A stretch of DNA of 64,000 nt from Giardia intestinalis. Lineage: Eukaryota. This document shows, piece after piece, positions 47,358 through 57,463 of this stretch (position 1 is its first letter; every line of letters starts with the position of its first letter). The notes beneath the pieces are model-generated. The model saw nothing but the letters and a program-made list of their open reading frames with translations. It was not told the DNA's origin and did no database searches. A program made the position numbers and the translations under genes. The stretch lies in assembly GCA_000002435.2 (NCBI GenBank), contig CM018791.1. One strand, written 5' to 3'.

Positions 47358-49700
47358 CTACTTCAACTGTTCCCGTAAAGAGTCGGGAGAAATAGGCCCA
47401 TACTCTGTTATGATACAACTGATTAGCTTGGTATCGACGGTGTCGTACAGTGGTTTAATTATCTGTATCTTGTCTGTCTGACCCAGTGTGAAGGTGCCCG
47501 TGTCTTGTAAGACATTGTTTGACAGAGCATTTATGTAAATCTGATCGGTGACTTTATAGGTCTCACACCCAACGATGAGAGGTATTCTGTAGAACTTTGC
47601 AATATTGGCTATAAGGGACGCGCCAGCACGACCTTGAATGCTCCCGTTGAGGCTCACACTATGTGCTCCCATGATCACCTTTGTTGCGTGCTTGATGAAC
47701 AACGGTAAGGACGTCAGCAGCCCATAGAAGCAGGGGATCCCGGCCTGCGAAAGTTTCTTGATAATGTCCAAGCCACACTGACACTCCGAAGCATCAATGC
47801 AGATGACCTCAAAGCACGCTTTACTATCCGTCTCTGCCTGGAGACGGAGGTGCGCCAATATCAGGGCCTTAAGTACTATGCGTGACTTACCAAAGACTAT
47901 CACGCAATCGTTCTGCTTTATCCGTCTGCTGAGCTCAACATAGATGTCATTGGATGCCTTGACAATCCTCTCATTGTACAGAAGCTTCACAAAGTCGAGC
48001 ATGTTATGTATAACTCCCTCTGCAGACGTAAGCGCTGCGCCACACAGGTCTGGAGTCTTCTGGGCAATATCATCCATTCCGTTTCTGCCTTCTTCAAAAA
48101 GGTATGTTGCAGGATCATCGTTGGGTGCAGTGGCTTTAGCCTTTCTTGGGTTCAGTTGATTGCCCATCTTGTTACCAGTATCATCACCGCTCATGTCCAT
48201 CGGAGGGCTCGTAATCATTTGTGGCTCTACCACGCGACCAGGAAGTCCCGGAATTGAACAGATTTTAGTGAGTGTTATGACGTCGGATGTACCCTTCTGT
48301 ATTGGCGGGCTATCAGGTAGCAGGAGGCTTGCGGTGTTAATCATAGTGCTAGTAGTAGTATTATGGCTACCATAGACTTGACCCTCCACGTTCTCTACTG
48401 ACTCGCTGGTTGCTTCTGTGTGAGAAATAGCAACTGTCTTAAGTACGTCTACAGAAGAGCACTTATCGTTTTCCCTTTCTCTCTCCTTTTCTCTCTCTTT
48501 CTCTTTCTCTTTACATTTGTCAGACAAGTCCGTCGGTTCATTGAATAAATTAAAGTTTGAGCTGGTTTGATCTGTGCAGCTCTTCTCAGAGGTACAGCAA
48601 CCGGGGATGCTCGTTATTTTCTTAAGGAAAAGCTGCCTATCCGGTCTGTCGCACGACTCATTCCATTCGTCGGCCTTGACAATGGATCGAGGCATAGAGT
48701 AGAGGGTCTGAGCCATGTTTGTGGTGCTATACCGGATGCTGGGAGTGAGCGGTGTGTATAGAGCCTGGTCTATGTTGTTGTGGCTAAGTCTCGAAATTAC
48801 ATCCATCGTGCTTGTGGGCCCAATGGTTAAGTTACTAGCAAAGCTATTAGAGATCGGGGGTGTAATATTGTGTGCATCGCTTTCAACCAGGCTTGTGCTG
48901 TCCTTGTACATTAAACTAATTTGATCTTCAAGGTAGTCGCAGTGCTCCATCACACTCTGAACAATGAACTGAATGGTCGTAGGAACAGAAGGATAGAACG
49001 CGCTCACTATAGTGACAAGCATCGTCAGATTGCCACGCAGCTGAGAGAGGACGCCACCAAGTGAGATTGGAACCGCAGACCCAATAACAGAGCCTTGGTG
49101 AGAAGCTATCTCTGGATGCAGCTCATGCACACCTGATGTATTAAGGGGCGTCTGATGGTTGGATGAAAAAGTATAATTCGCAAAAAGAGCCTCCAGTTGA
49201 CTCTCATATGCCCGCAAAAAGGCAACAGCACGTGCTGTGGCAGACTCGCGGATGTCGCTGATGTTATCTATGTAACAGCGAGCATCTGTTGATAGTATGT
49301 TGAGAGGTTGCTTTATAGCGTGTTCAAACCTGGCTATCTGATCGGATGAGAGGGACTCCACGCTGCTGGTGTGTTTACCTTTCTGATCACTGAAGTTAAT
49401 ACTGGGATGGCGATGCTGTCCAAACGATGCATAAAAGTCGTCGTCTGCTTGTCCAGATATGTAGAGGGGAGAAAACTTACGATACAAAGACATATTGACT
49501 GCTCCACTATCTCGTGCATCTCGCGAAGAGTCATCAATGTCCAAGTGCAAAGGGTTTTCACACTTGCTGGGGTACTTCATCAAATGTTTTTTGAAACGAG
49601 ATGCCTCTGTCTGTGGCAAAACAAACGTCTCATCCAGCAAAATACTCGAACAGTGCATGATGTATGGACGGTCAGTATTTACTAGAGCGAATAGAATCAT
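47358..49700 (-). CDS. eIF-2B alpha/beta/delta-family protein (IF-2B domain) with a long N-terminal extension (780 aa).
   Basis: C-terminal 300 aa match the IF-2B fold signature (VIVFGKSRIVLKALILA…VICIDASECQCG…GAHSVSLNGSIQGRAGASLIANIAKFYRIPLIVGCETYKV). N-terminal half is low-complexity with a KEKEKEREKERERE run. Confidence 0.65.
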   Translation of the reverse strand: MILFALVNTDRPYIMHCSSILLDETFVLPQTEASRFKKHLMKYPSKCENPLHLDIDDSSRDARDSGAVNMSLYRKFSPLYISGQADDDFYASFGQHRHPSINFSDQKGKHTSSVESLSSDQIARFEHAIKQPLNILSTDARCYIDNISDIRESATARAVAFLRAYESQLEALFANYTFSSNHQTPLNTSGVHELHPEIASHQGSVIGSAVPISLGGVLSQLRGNLTMLVTIVSAFYPSVPTTIQFIVQSVMEHCDYLEDQISLMYKDSTSLVESDAHNITPPISNSFASNLTIGPTSTMDVISRLSHNNIDQALYTPLTPSIRYSTTNMAQTLYSMPRSIVKADEWNESCDRPDRQLFLKKITSIPGCCTSEKSCTDQTSSNFNLFNEPTDLSDKCKEKEKEREKERERENDKCSSVDVLKTVAISHTEATSESVENVEGQVYGSHNTTTSTMINTASLLLPDSPPIQKGTSDVITLTKICSIPGLPGRVVEPQMITSPPMDMSGDDTGNKMGNQLNPRKAKATAPNDDPATYLFEEGRNGMDDIAQKTPDLCGAALTSAEGVIHNMLDFVKLLYNERIVKASNDIYVELSRRIKQNDCVIVFGKSRIVLKALILAHLRLQAETDSKACFEVICIDASECQCGLDIIKKLSQAGIPCFYGLLTSLPLFIKHATKVIMGAHSVSLNGSIQGRAGASLIANIAKFYRIPLIVGCETYKVTDQIYINALSNNVLQDTGTFTLGQTDKIQIIKPLYDTVDTKLISCIITEYGPISPDSLREQLK

Positions 49701-49844
49701 GTGTTAAGCCAGCGATATGTCTCTTGAGCAGTCTTACAAAATGCTAATTACATGTCTGACCATGTTATTAAACATTTGAGTCTGAGGTACAAGCTTAGCG
49801 AGTCGTTAACAAAGGCTATTGTTAATGTACTGCGAGAAAAATAA

Positions 49845-52800
49845 ATGCTCCTATTCGCTCTTAACTTTTTGGCGAACCTTTTGGCAGACTGTGGGCCAGG
49901 TAGCGATTGCGTTCATGGGGTGTGCGGTACCACTGACGGATCCTTTGTCTGTCTGTGCAAGCGGGGCTGGACAGGCACTGCATGCGATGTGGTTGCACCT
50001 AATTTTAAACTGATTAGCTCCGGCAGTGATCCGAAGATAGAGAAAGCGGTCAACTTCGCGTGTTTAGTCAATGGTACAGAGTGTGATACCAAAAGGACAG
50101 AAACATGTCTTTATCACAATGGTGCATATTCATGTCAGAATAAATGCCCTGATGGATTCGTCATATACGATGGAGAATGTATCTCTAAGAGATGCTATTC
50201 GTCCAGTTCTGTATCGTCAGATACTCCCCAATCCAACCCCCCGTGTAATGGGAAGGGGAAGTGTGTCCTCAAGGACTTGGCGAAACTTGATCGTGCCGAT
50301 GAGGCAGACTACGTGTGCAGCTGTTTTCCAATTTATAGAGGAGATCTCTGTGACACCTGCAACCTAGAGAACTCCGTTGAGTCCGAAGCAGACAAAGGAA
50401 AATGCAATCCAAGATCCTGTCAGGATAGCGACGGGCTTGTCTGCTCTGGCAAGGGAAAGTGCGAGTTGGACTTTGGCTACAACCTCACTCACTATAGCTA
50501 CCAGTGCATATGCGATGCTGGATATACGCGTGTTGGCCACTCTTGCATCCCGTCAGCTTGTGTAGTGTACCTAAGCGGTACCCCTGTGACCTGTGGGGGC
50601 TTCGGTGAGTGTAAGGAGAACCCCGAGGGTTCAAATAGCTTCTCCTGTGCCTGCTATGAGGGCACTGTAAAAGTAGGAAATGGATGCACATACCGCACCT
50701 GCACCGAAAGCGAAAGTGCAAGCAAGATATGCGGAGGCATCGGTGTCTGTGTGCGTGATGACACAGAATACAAGTGTGACTGCAAAGGGTTTGCTACCGG
50801 CAGCTTATGCGATAGCTGCGTTTCTGAAAATGCAACCTCTGTGGGCAATCAATGTATACCAAATGAGTGCCTCGACGAAGCAGGCACGACGGTTTGTAAG
50901 GGCAATGGAAAGTGCATCCGAGCAAGTGGAAGGTACTATTGCCAGTGCCCCAACATGACTACATTCTTCAACAAACAGTGCATCTCGGTTAACTGCATTG
51001 ATCAGGAACTCAACCTCATATGCTCTGGTCACGGAACTTGTGACACCACCAGTCCCAAGGATATGAAGTGCACTTGTGAAAGTGGCTATGAATATATTGC
51101 GCCGGGTCGCTGCATTTCAAGCACACTGTTGGGAACGGACAAAAGGGTTTGCAATGGTAACGGATACGTGGCTATTTCTTCTACTAATACTATTGGTAGC
51201 GCGCCAAATCTTGTCTGCATCTGCTCTCCTATTTACACAGGAGAGAACTGCAGTACGTGCAACACTACAGGGGAAAACGCTCCTGCTGAACAAGTGGACA
51301 GTAACTGCGTACCAAAAAGTGTCATTGTTAAGTCTACTCAGCTGCATGCAAAGGAAGTAACTACAAAAGTATGCGATGAACAGACAGAGTACGTAATATA
51401 TGGAGATACTACACGTCCGTACATGACGTGTAGGGTGAAGAATACAGACGAAAAGAAAGTCATTGCCTATAATGCAACGCTTCTGGTGGAGCCAGACTGT
51501 ATGCACGTTAGTCAGGTTGATAGAACTAGGAGATTCTACTGTGGTTTTGCGGAAGGGTTGACAGACGGAATAACTACCAATGGGCCTAGCTGCAATACAA
51601 ATACAAATATTATTCCCTCTACTTCAACATGCGTATGTCCAACAAACTTTAAGCTCGTGGAGTTCATATACGGCAAGAACAAAGGAAAGCATACCTGCAT
51701 ACACGATGATTGCCATGATGGTAACCAAACTTACAACCAAAACAATTATTGTGGAGGCGTTGGGGACTGCATTAAGAAGCCCGGTGCAAGCAAATATGCA
51801 TGCGATTGTGGACAGGGTGCACGGTGGGACGAGACCATTAGGGAATGCGTGGCTGAGACATGCAAGATTGATAAACTTATATATGGCCCTAGCGAAAGAG
51901 AGTATTGCACAGAGATTAATATCGCGGCGAGCATCGACAACGTATGCCTCCCAGATGATAGCGGAAGGTGGGGATGCCACTGCACAGGGCGCTACATGAC
52001 ATATGGGAGCACGTGTACATCCTACGCAGCATATGCCACGGAAAAAGATGACCGCGCACGAGGCCCATGTGGCGGTCCTGGTGCGGGTTACATCAACGAC
52101 AGGAACAAATGTGTGTGCTATCCTGGGTTTGTGTCGATAGATGGGAAGTGCTACAGTAAGCAATGCTTGGCAATGGGCGTTATAGGATCCTACAATATAA
52201 GCCACGTATGCTCTGGACTTGGGGTATGTGCATACAACCCTGTCACTGGCTTCTATGGGTGCGAATGTCCCAAAGACACGGAATCATATGGGGCATACTG
52301 CACCCATACAGGATGTGTCGGACAAGTCTTTTCCGAAGGGGAGCTGAGATACGTACAGTGTGGTGTCCACACCAGAAGCATACAGTGCAAACAGAATAGC
52401 AAAGATAATACATATTCTTGTATCTGCTACACACCGTACAAGAAGATCGGTAACCTTTGCGTCCACCAACGGTGCATTAACGGTGACATATATTGCAGTG
52501 GAGATTTGCTTGCTAATTGTGAGCTCTTGGAGTCAATATATCAGTGTCAGTGCTCCGAAGGGTATGTGAAAGGTAGAAGCCCGCACGAATGCATCCCGAA
52601 GAAATGCACATATAGAAGATATGAGAGTGACCTGGTGACGGAGTGTGGCGGACTGGGTCGATGCGAGGGTGATAAACTTATCACCAAGAAATGTAAGTGT
52701 AACGATGGTGCTGAGCTGGTGTCTATGATCGACATAAGCGGTGAAATGCATGAAACATGTGTGTCCAAAAGCTGCATTTCTAAGCAGGATGATACAACGA

Positions 52801-54410
52801 TAGTTTGTGGCGGTTATGGACGGTGTGACGGCAACGCTTGCATCTGTGATGGAAATCTTGTCCCGGTTGGAAATGTTTGCGTAAGCAGTAAGTGCGTTGT
52901 TCAACTGGCAAGTGGAAGCACTTCTGTGTGTGGAGGTAGTACTGTGGGGACATGCACAAAGGGTCAAGGTGAAGACCACTACTCTTGCAAATGTGCAACA
53001 CCAGGGAAGACAGGCTTTAAAGAAGTTGATGGATACTGTCTCCCCAATAAATGTGTGTTCAACGTAAAGCAAAATGGAAAAGATGTTGACACGATGTGCG
53101 GCGGGGCAAGTCTTGGATCTTGCATTATCGACCCAACTGGCGATACTTCATACTGTAGTTGTCTAAGATGGTACAATATAACAACACTTAGTAGTGGCCA
53201 GTGTATTAGTACCAGGTGTGTTAATTCTGTTACCTCTGACAAGAAAGAGTGTGGAGGAAATGGAAGATGCGCTTACACAGATGGCACTGGGTATGAGTGC
53301 CAGTGTAATTCTGGATACAAAACGGTAACGGTCGGGCGTAACATTTATCCGTGCATCTCTGAAAACTGCCTAGCAGGTGAGTCAATGTGTAGTGGTCACG
53401 GGGAGTGCGTAAACAACGGCTGCAGCTGTAACAAAGGTTATACTGGTAGCAAGTGTGAGTCCTGTGCAACGGGGTATAGAGAGACTAACTCCGTCTGCTA
53501 TCTGGATGAGTGCCCACAAAGTGGCTGTGGACTAGCAGAAGCGGGAACCTGTGCGTTTACGGGCTTGCAATATCAATGTAGCTGTAATACTGGCTTCGTC
53601 TTAGATACCGAGACAAAGGCCTGTCGGCGTCCTCTTTGCACATATATAGATCCGTTTGACGGACAGGCGAAAATATGTTATAATATGGGAACATGCGCTC
53701 AGTCTGGAAGCACAGGAAAATGCGTATGTAATCAGGGAACTGTGGCTCTTAATGACAACATATGCGTCTTTGAAAACTGCATCACCAATAAGGATTCGTC
53801 CGAAATATGTGAAGGAAAGGGCGTGTGTGAGAGGAGTCCGGAGTCTAATACAGGCATTTGCGTGTGTAACACATCTCTTTATCGCACAGACAAGAAGAGT
53901 GGGCGTTGCTTCCCGGTGGGCTGCTTTTCCTCACAAGAGACTGGCCTGACTAATGTCTGTAATGGCGGTGGGACATGCAGCGTAACAGGGGTGGTTGGAA
54001 TTTGCAATTGTGATAGCGACTGGGTTACGATAGAGGGAATGTGTTACCCGGTTTCTTGCGTATTTGGAGGAGCCGTATGCAGCGGGTTTGGAAAGTGCAT
54101 CTTCTCTAGCAGCGGAGAGCACAGATGCCTTTGCGACCAAGGTTACGAGCCTGGTGAAGATTTAGGAACGTGCATCACTCGTTCTACAAAGGCAAAGCAA
54201 GGAGCGGCCGAGATATCGATAATTGTGGTGGTTGTGGTTGCTCTAGTGATTTTGGCAGTAGCCATATTCTTGATCTGGAAGTTCGTCATCAAACCTCGCT
54301 CCAAGTCACGCAAAAGAAGTAACAATGACCTCAATCAAAGATTGATCACGGTAGATGGCGAAGATGCTCCTGTGCTTTCTCCACGAGCTCGAGGACAGAC
54401 TCTGATGTAA
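49845..54410 (+). CDS. High-cysteine membrane protein (HCMP), 1521 aa, EGF-like repeats, C-terminal TM + basic tail.
   Basis: Signal peptide. Pervasive EGF-like Cys spacing (CxCxxGxxGxxC). TM IIVVVVVALVILAVAIFLIW followed by KFVIKPRSKSRKR. Initiator gagaaaaataaATG. Confidence 0.85.
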   Translation: MLLFALNFLANLLADCGPGSDCVHGVCGTTDGSFVCLCKRGWTGTACDVVAPNFKLISSGSDPKIEKAVNFACLVNGTECDTKRTETCLYHNGAYSCQNKCPDGFVIYDGECISKRCYSSSSVSSDTPQSNPPCNGKGKCVLKDLAKLDRADEADYVCSCFPIYRGDLCDTCNLENSVESEADKGKCNPRSCQDSDGLVCSGKGKCELDFGYNLTHYSYQCICDAGYTRVGHSCIPSACVVYLSGTPVTCGGFGECKENPEGSNSFSCACYEGTVKVGNGCTYRTCTESESASKICGGIGVCVRDDTEYKCDCKGFATGSLCDSCVSENATSVGNQCIPNECLDEAGTTVCKGNGKCIRASGRYYCQCPNMTTFFNKQCISVNCIDQELNLICSGHGTCDTTSPKDMKCTCESGYEYIAPGRCISSTLLGTDKRVCNGNGYVAISSTNTIGSAPNLVCICSPIYTGENCSTCNTTGENAPAEQVDSNCVPKSVIVKSTQLHAKEVTTKVCDEQTEYVIYGDTTRPYMTCRVKNTDEKKVIAYNATLLVEPDCMHVSQVDRTRRFYCGFAEGLTDGITTNGPSCNTNTNIIPSTSTCVCPTNFKLVEFIYGKNKGKHTCIHDDCHDGNQTYNQNNYCGGVGDCIKKPGASKYACDCGQGARWDETIRECVAETCKIDKLIYGPSEREYCTEINIAASIDNVCLPDDSGRWGCHCTGRYMTYGSTCTSYAAYATEKDDRARGPCGGPGAGYINDRNKCVCYPGFVSIDGKCYSKQCLAMGVIGSYNISHVCSGLGVCAYNPVTGFYGCECPKDTESYGAYCTHTGCVGQVFSEGELRYVQCGVHTRSIQCKQNSKDNTYSCICYTPYKKIGNLCVHQRCINGDIYCSGDLLANCELLESIYQCQCSEGYVKGRSPHECIPKKCTYRRYESDLVTECGGLGRCEGDKLITKKCKCNDGAELVSMIDISGEMHETCVSKSCISKQDDTTIVCGGYGRCDGNACICDGNLVPVGNVCVSSKCVVQLASGSTSVCGGSTVGTCTKGQGEDHYSCKCATPGKTGFKEVDGYCLPNKCVFNVKQNGKDVDTMCGGASLGSCIIDPTGDTSYCSCLRWYNITTLSSGQCISTRCVNSVTSDKKECGGNGRCAYTDGTGYECQCNSGYKTVTVGRNIYPCISENCLAGESMCSGHGECVNNGCSCNKGYTGSKCESCATGYRETNSVCYLDECPQSGCGLAEAGTCAFTGLQYQCSCNTGFVLDTETKACRRPLCTYIDPFDGQAKICYNMGTCAQSGSTGKCVCNQGTVALNDNICVFENCITNKDSSEICEGKGVCERSPESNTGICVCNTSLYRTDKKSGRCFPVGCFSSQETGLTNVCNGGGTCSVTGVVGICNCDSDWVTIEGMCYPVSCVFGGAVCSGFGKCIFSSSGEHRCLCDQGYEPGEDLGTCITRSTKAKQGAAEISIIVVVVVALVILAVAIFLIWKFVIKPRSKSRKRSNNDLNQRLITVDGEDAPVLSPRARGQTLM

Positions 54411-54424
54411 ATTTGCGAGTGTGC

Positions 54425-55861
54425 CTACTGTGGCTCTGGCCCTTGTCTCTCCTGAATTCGTTGGAGAGTGGTATTGAGAACACTGGCTGAGTAGCGCAGG
54501 GGTGCACCTGGACGGTGGCCTGGAATGCCAAGAACAGATAGCTTGGAGCTTTCTAACGAAGAGCTGTTATTCATCTCTCGCTGAGTAATTGTAACCCCGG
54601 TAGCCAGCCAGTCATCTGAGTATTTATCGTAGTCAAGGGTCCCAGACCACCGGAGTAGATCATCAACACTCTCATCGTTCACAGAGGTAGCATAGCTCTG
54701 AACACTCTGCGAAAGCTTTTCAAGACTCGTTGGGGTGTCGTCCAAGAGAATGCTACATGTCGTTCTGAGGGATGGGTCGTGCTGGAGCGCAGAGCTGGCA
54801 ATCTGCTCTAGGTCATCAAGTCCCATATCCCTGAGTATTGAGATCTTCCGCATCTCTCTCATCCAAGCAAGGCGTTTTGCACGTCGGAGTTTCTCGAGCT
54901 CTCCCCTAGAATGGAAGACTGGACGCATCACTGCAGCCGAGGACTGAACTATGCTATCAGTTATTGAAGGATCTATGAGGCGCCACGGATTGTTCGTTAT
55001 GCGATGATACCAGAGGCGCTTATCGACGACTCCTGTCTCCTGCTCAACAGAATAGTTGCGTGGAGCCGTTATAGATACATCACAGACATGCTGATTCTTT
55101 AGGAAAACCTTCCAGTAGAGCCGTGGTGGCCATGGTGCATTGTCTGGGGTGCCAAGCCGAAAGCGAATAACAAAGTCCTCAGCCAATGCCTCTAGATTGC
55201 GAGCTCCGGTGGGGTCAAGGTTCCTCAAAAGCTGCATGGGTGATGAGCTAGTCTGCCTTGTTATCTCGGCAATGTGTGCTTGCAGGTGGAGAAACACGCG
55301 TCGATAAAGATTGCCGCGATATCTACTTTGAATCACTCTTGCGGCCCAGCGTGCTGCCCCAGTCTGGCCTTGCCCTTTCATGGTTTGGAAATGAAACAGG
55401 ATGCAGGAAGCCGCAATCTTGTAGATAGGATAAATGTGGAATGCCCGATAGATACGAGCGCGCTTTAGCCTGAATGCTTGCTGAATACGAGTGGCACAGA
55501 AAAGAGAAAACTCTTGGGCACGAGCATCCCTGCTGAGAGCTATGACCTGAACTTGCTCTCTGGCCTCAAACTGTGCTATAAATTTTGCAATAAGGGAAAT
55601 GCGGACCTGACGTGATTCTGGGACAGCCTCAAGCTTTGATATATTCGTATCTTGATTAACTACTGGACACCTCTGACAAAGACCCTTTGAGATCAATCTC
55701 CAGAGTCTCTGAATAGTTATAGTAGCACTCAAAATACCAAGAATAGAGTATTTGGATGGATGTTTAAGATAGTATCGACGAAGAAGAGGACAGTTGTAGA
55801 TTGTTCGGCGACGTGGAGCGGTGCAATCTTCATTTGCAGAACAGATGTCCCTTAAAATCAT
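54425..55861 (-). CDS. IQ-motif (calmodulin-binding) containing protein.
   Basis: Several IQxxxRG-like motifs (IQRLWRLISKG, ATRIQQAFRLKRARIYRAF, ARVIQSRYRGNLYRRVF). Confidence 0.5.
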   Translation of the reverse strand: MILRDICSANEDCTAPRRRTIYNCPLLRRYYLKHPSKYSILGILSATITIQRLWRLISKGLCQRCPVVNQDTNISKLEAVPESRQVRISLIAKFIAQFEAREQVQVIALSRDARAQEFSLFCATRIQQAFRLKRARIYRAFHIYPIYKIAASCILFHFQTMKGQGQTGAARWAARVIQSRYRGNLYRRVFLHLQAHIAEITRQTSSSPMQLLRNLDPTGARNLEALAEDFVIRFRLGTPDNAPWPPRLYWKVFLKNQHVCDVSITAPRNYSVEQETGVVDKRLWYHRITNNPWRLIDPSITDSIVQSSAAVMRPVFHSRGELEKLRRAKRLAWMREMRKISILRDMGLDDLEQIASSALQHDPSLRTTCSILLDDTPTSLEKLSQSVQSYATSVNDESVDDLLRWSGTLDYDKYSDDWLATGVTITQREMNNSSSLESSKLSVLGIPGHRPGAPLRYSASVLNTTLQRIQERQGPEPQ

Positions 55862-55870
55862 TTTATTTGC

Positions 55871-56566
55871 ATGACTGACTCGCAGGTGTTCCAGCCCAAA
55901 TTTGACAGTGGAGCAGCTAGCACATCTCGCCTAATAGTCATTTTAGAGGGGGCCTTCCTAGAAACAGTCAAGAACAAGGATAGATATCAGCTTTTGAACG
56001 TTGACGATCATTTTACCATTCTGCGCAAGCACAAGCGTCAGGCAGATATTGCGCGCCCCGATATTACACACCAGACACTACTAACCCTTTTGGACTCTCC
56101 ACTGAACAAGGCCGGCCTACTAGAAGTGTGGATACATACCGAGAACAAAGTCCTGATCAAGATTGACCCCACCGTCCGTATACCGCGTACATTCAAGCGC
56201 TTTTGTGGCCTCATCGTCCAACTGTTATACAAGCTTACTATTCGTGCAGAGGACAGCAACCGGAAGCTCCTGCAAGTCGTCAAAGCAGACCTTAAGAAGC
56301 ATCTTCCGCCAGACATACGGATCGTGCTCCTCAGCAGAGTTGCTGGGAAGCCTCAATCGATGAAGCAACTTGCCACCGAACTTACAGGAGGGCTTTCCCC
56401 TCCGGACTGTAAGCCAGTGGGCGTGATCATTGGGGCCATTGCACATGGCCATGTAAGCGCAGACTATGCCACCGATCGAGCATGCATTTCACAATACGCC
56501 CTTTCTGCTGCAGCAGTGGCTGCCCGCGTGTGTGGTGCATTTGAGGACTTGTGGGGAATTCACTAA
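55871..56566 (+). CDS. EMG1: Ribosomal RNA small-subunit methyltransferase NEP1/EMG1 (SPOUT family).
   Basis: [15 protein letters not shown]…[30 protein letters not shown]…[24 protein letters not shown]…IGAIAHGHV is near-collinear with human EMG1 (RRLIVVLEGASLETVK…[30 protein letters not shown]…[24 protein letters not shown]). Confidence 0.9.
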   Translation: [231 protein letters not shown]

Positions 56567-56711
56567 ACGTGCCAGCAGCATTGTGGAGGTGCATATAACC
56601 GAAAAGTAATCGAAGAGTAAACAGCGTCTCGTTATCTTTACCTCTAATGGAGCGTTTTTCAGCCACTCATCACACCCAACACGTTCAAAAACATTAAAAA
56701 AGAAAGGCTGG

Positions 56712-57392
56712 ATGGAAGAGATAGAATGTTCACTCATGGATATGGAGAACGCTCTTTCGGCATTCCAGAAGCACATCAGCGCCTATAAGTCTAACCCAAC
56801 AACTGCATCAGCCAAAGCATCACTCGCGTCTGCGGACACAGCTCTCTCCAAAGCCAAGAGCTTCCAGACACAAGTTGACAGCTTGCTCAAGGGAGTCACT
56901 GGCCTGGAAGCCCGTAGAGCACAGCAACAGTTTAAGCTTCTTCAAACAAAAATAGCAAATGCCTCACAAGAACTCGAGCAAGCAAAGCGCCGTGCAGACG
57001 CTAAAAAGGTATCCAGCAAGGCGAGCACAGTTGATGACCTCCTAACCATCGCTGCACAAAAGAAGCAAGAGAATGTCAATCTTCTAGAAGATGCAAATAG
57101 AAACTGCGATGAGGCAGGTACCATCGGAAATGCAATAGTTGAAGACTTGGGAAGACAGAATGAACAGCTGCGAGGAATAAGCAGCAGGGCAACAAAGATC
57201 CAAGCCAATGCGAGGGGCGGAGCGGAGATCACAAATAGAATGATCAAGTGTGAGAGAATAATTAAGATTGTTCTTTGGTCTGCATCTGTTCTCTTCCTCG
57301 GCTTATCTGCTTTAGGGTTCTATGTATACCACCACAATGTTCCTCACAACAATCCAGAGCCGGCTCCAGAGCCCTCAGAGATCAGATATTGA
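56712..57392 (+). CDS. Vti1-like Qb-SNARE, tail-anchored.
   Basis: SNARE motif IGNAIVEDLGRQNEQLRGISSRATKIQANARGGAEITNRMIK aligns with Vti1 IGTEIIEELGEQRDQLERTKSRLVNTNENLSKSRKIL. C-terminal TM IIKIVLWSASVLFLGLSALGFYVY. Confidence 0.75.
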   Translation: MEEIECSLMDMENALSAFQKHISAYKSNPTTASAKASLASADTALSKAKSFQTQVDSLLKGVTGLEARRAQQQFKLLQTKIANASQELEQAKRRADAKKVSSKASTVDDLLTIAAQKKQENVNLLEDANRNCDEAGTIGNAIVEDLGRQNEQLRGISSRATKIQANARGGAEITNRMIKCERIIKIVLWSASVLFLGLSALGFYVYHHNVPHNNPEPAPEPSEIRY

Positions 57393-57463
57393 TCGTAGAG
57401 TGAACAGTAATCGTGTAAGACTGTCTATCCCTTTGTCCCCAGCTCAGTATGCAGCTGGTACGT

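Noticed and set aside
52533-53072. 179-aa minus-strand ORF and several 60-90 aa ORFs antisense to the 1521-aa HCMP
   Set aside because: Embedded in a gene with strong EGF-like Cys periodicity on the plus strand. The antisense frames are Cys/Thr-rich mirror artefacts.
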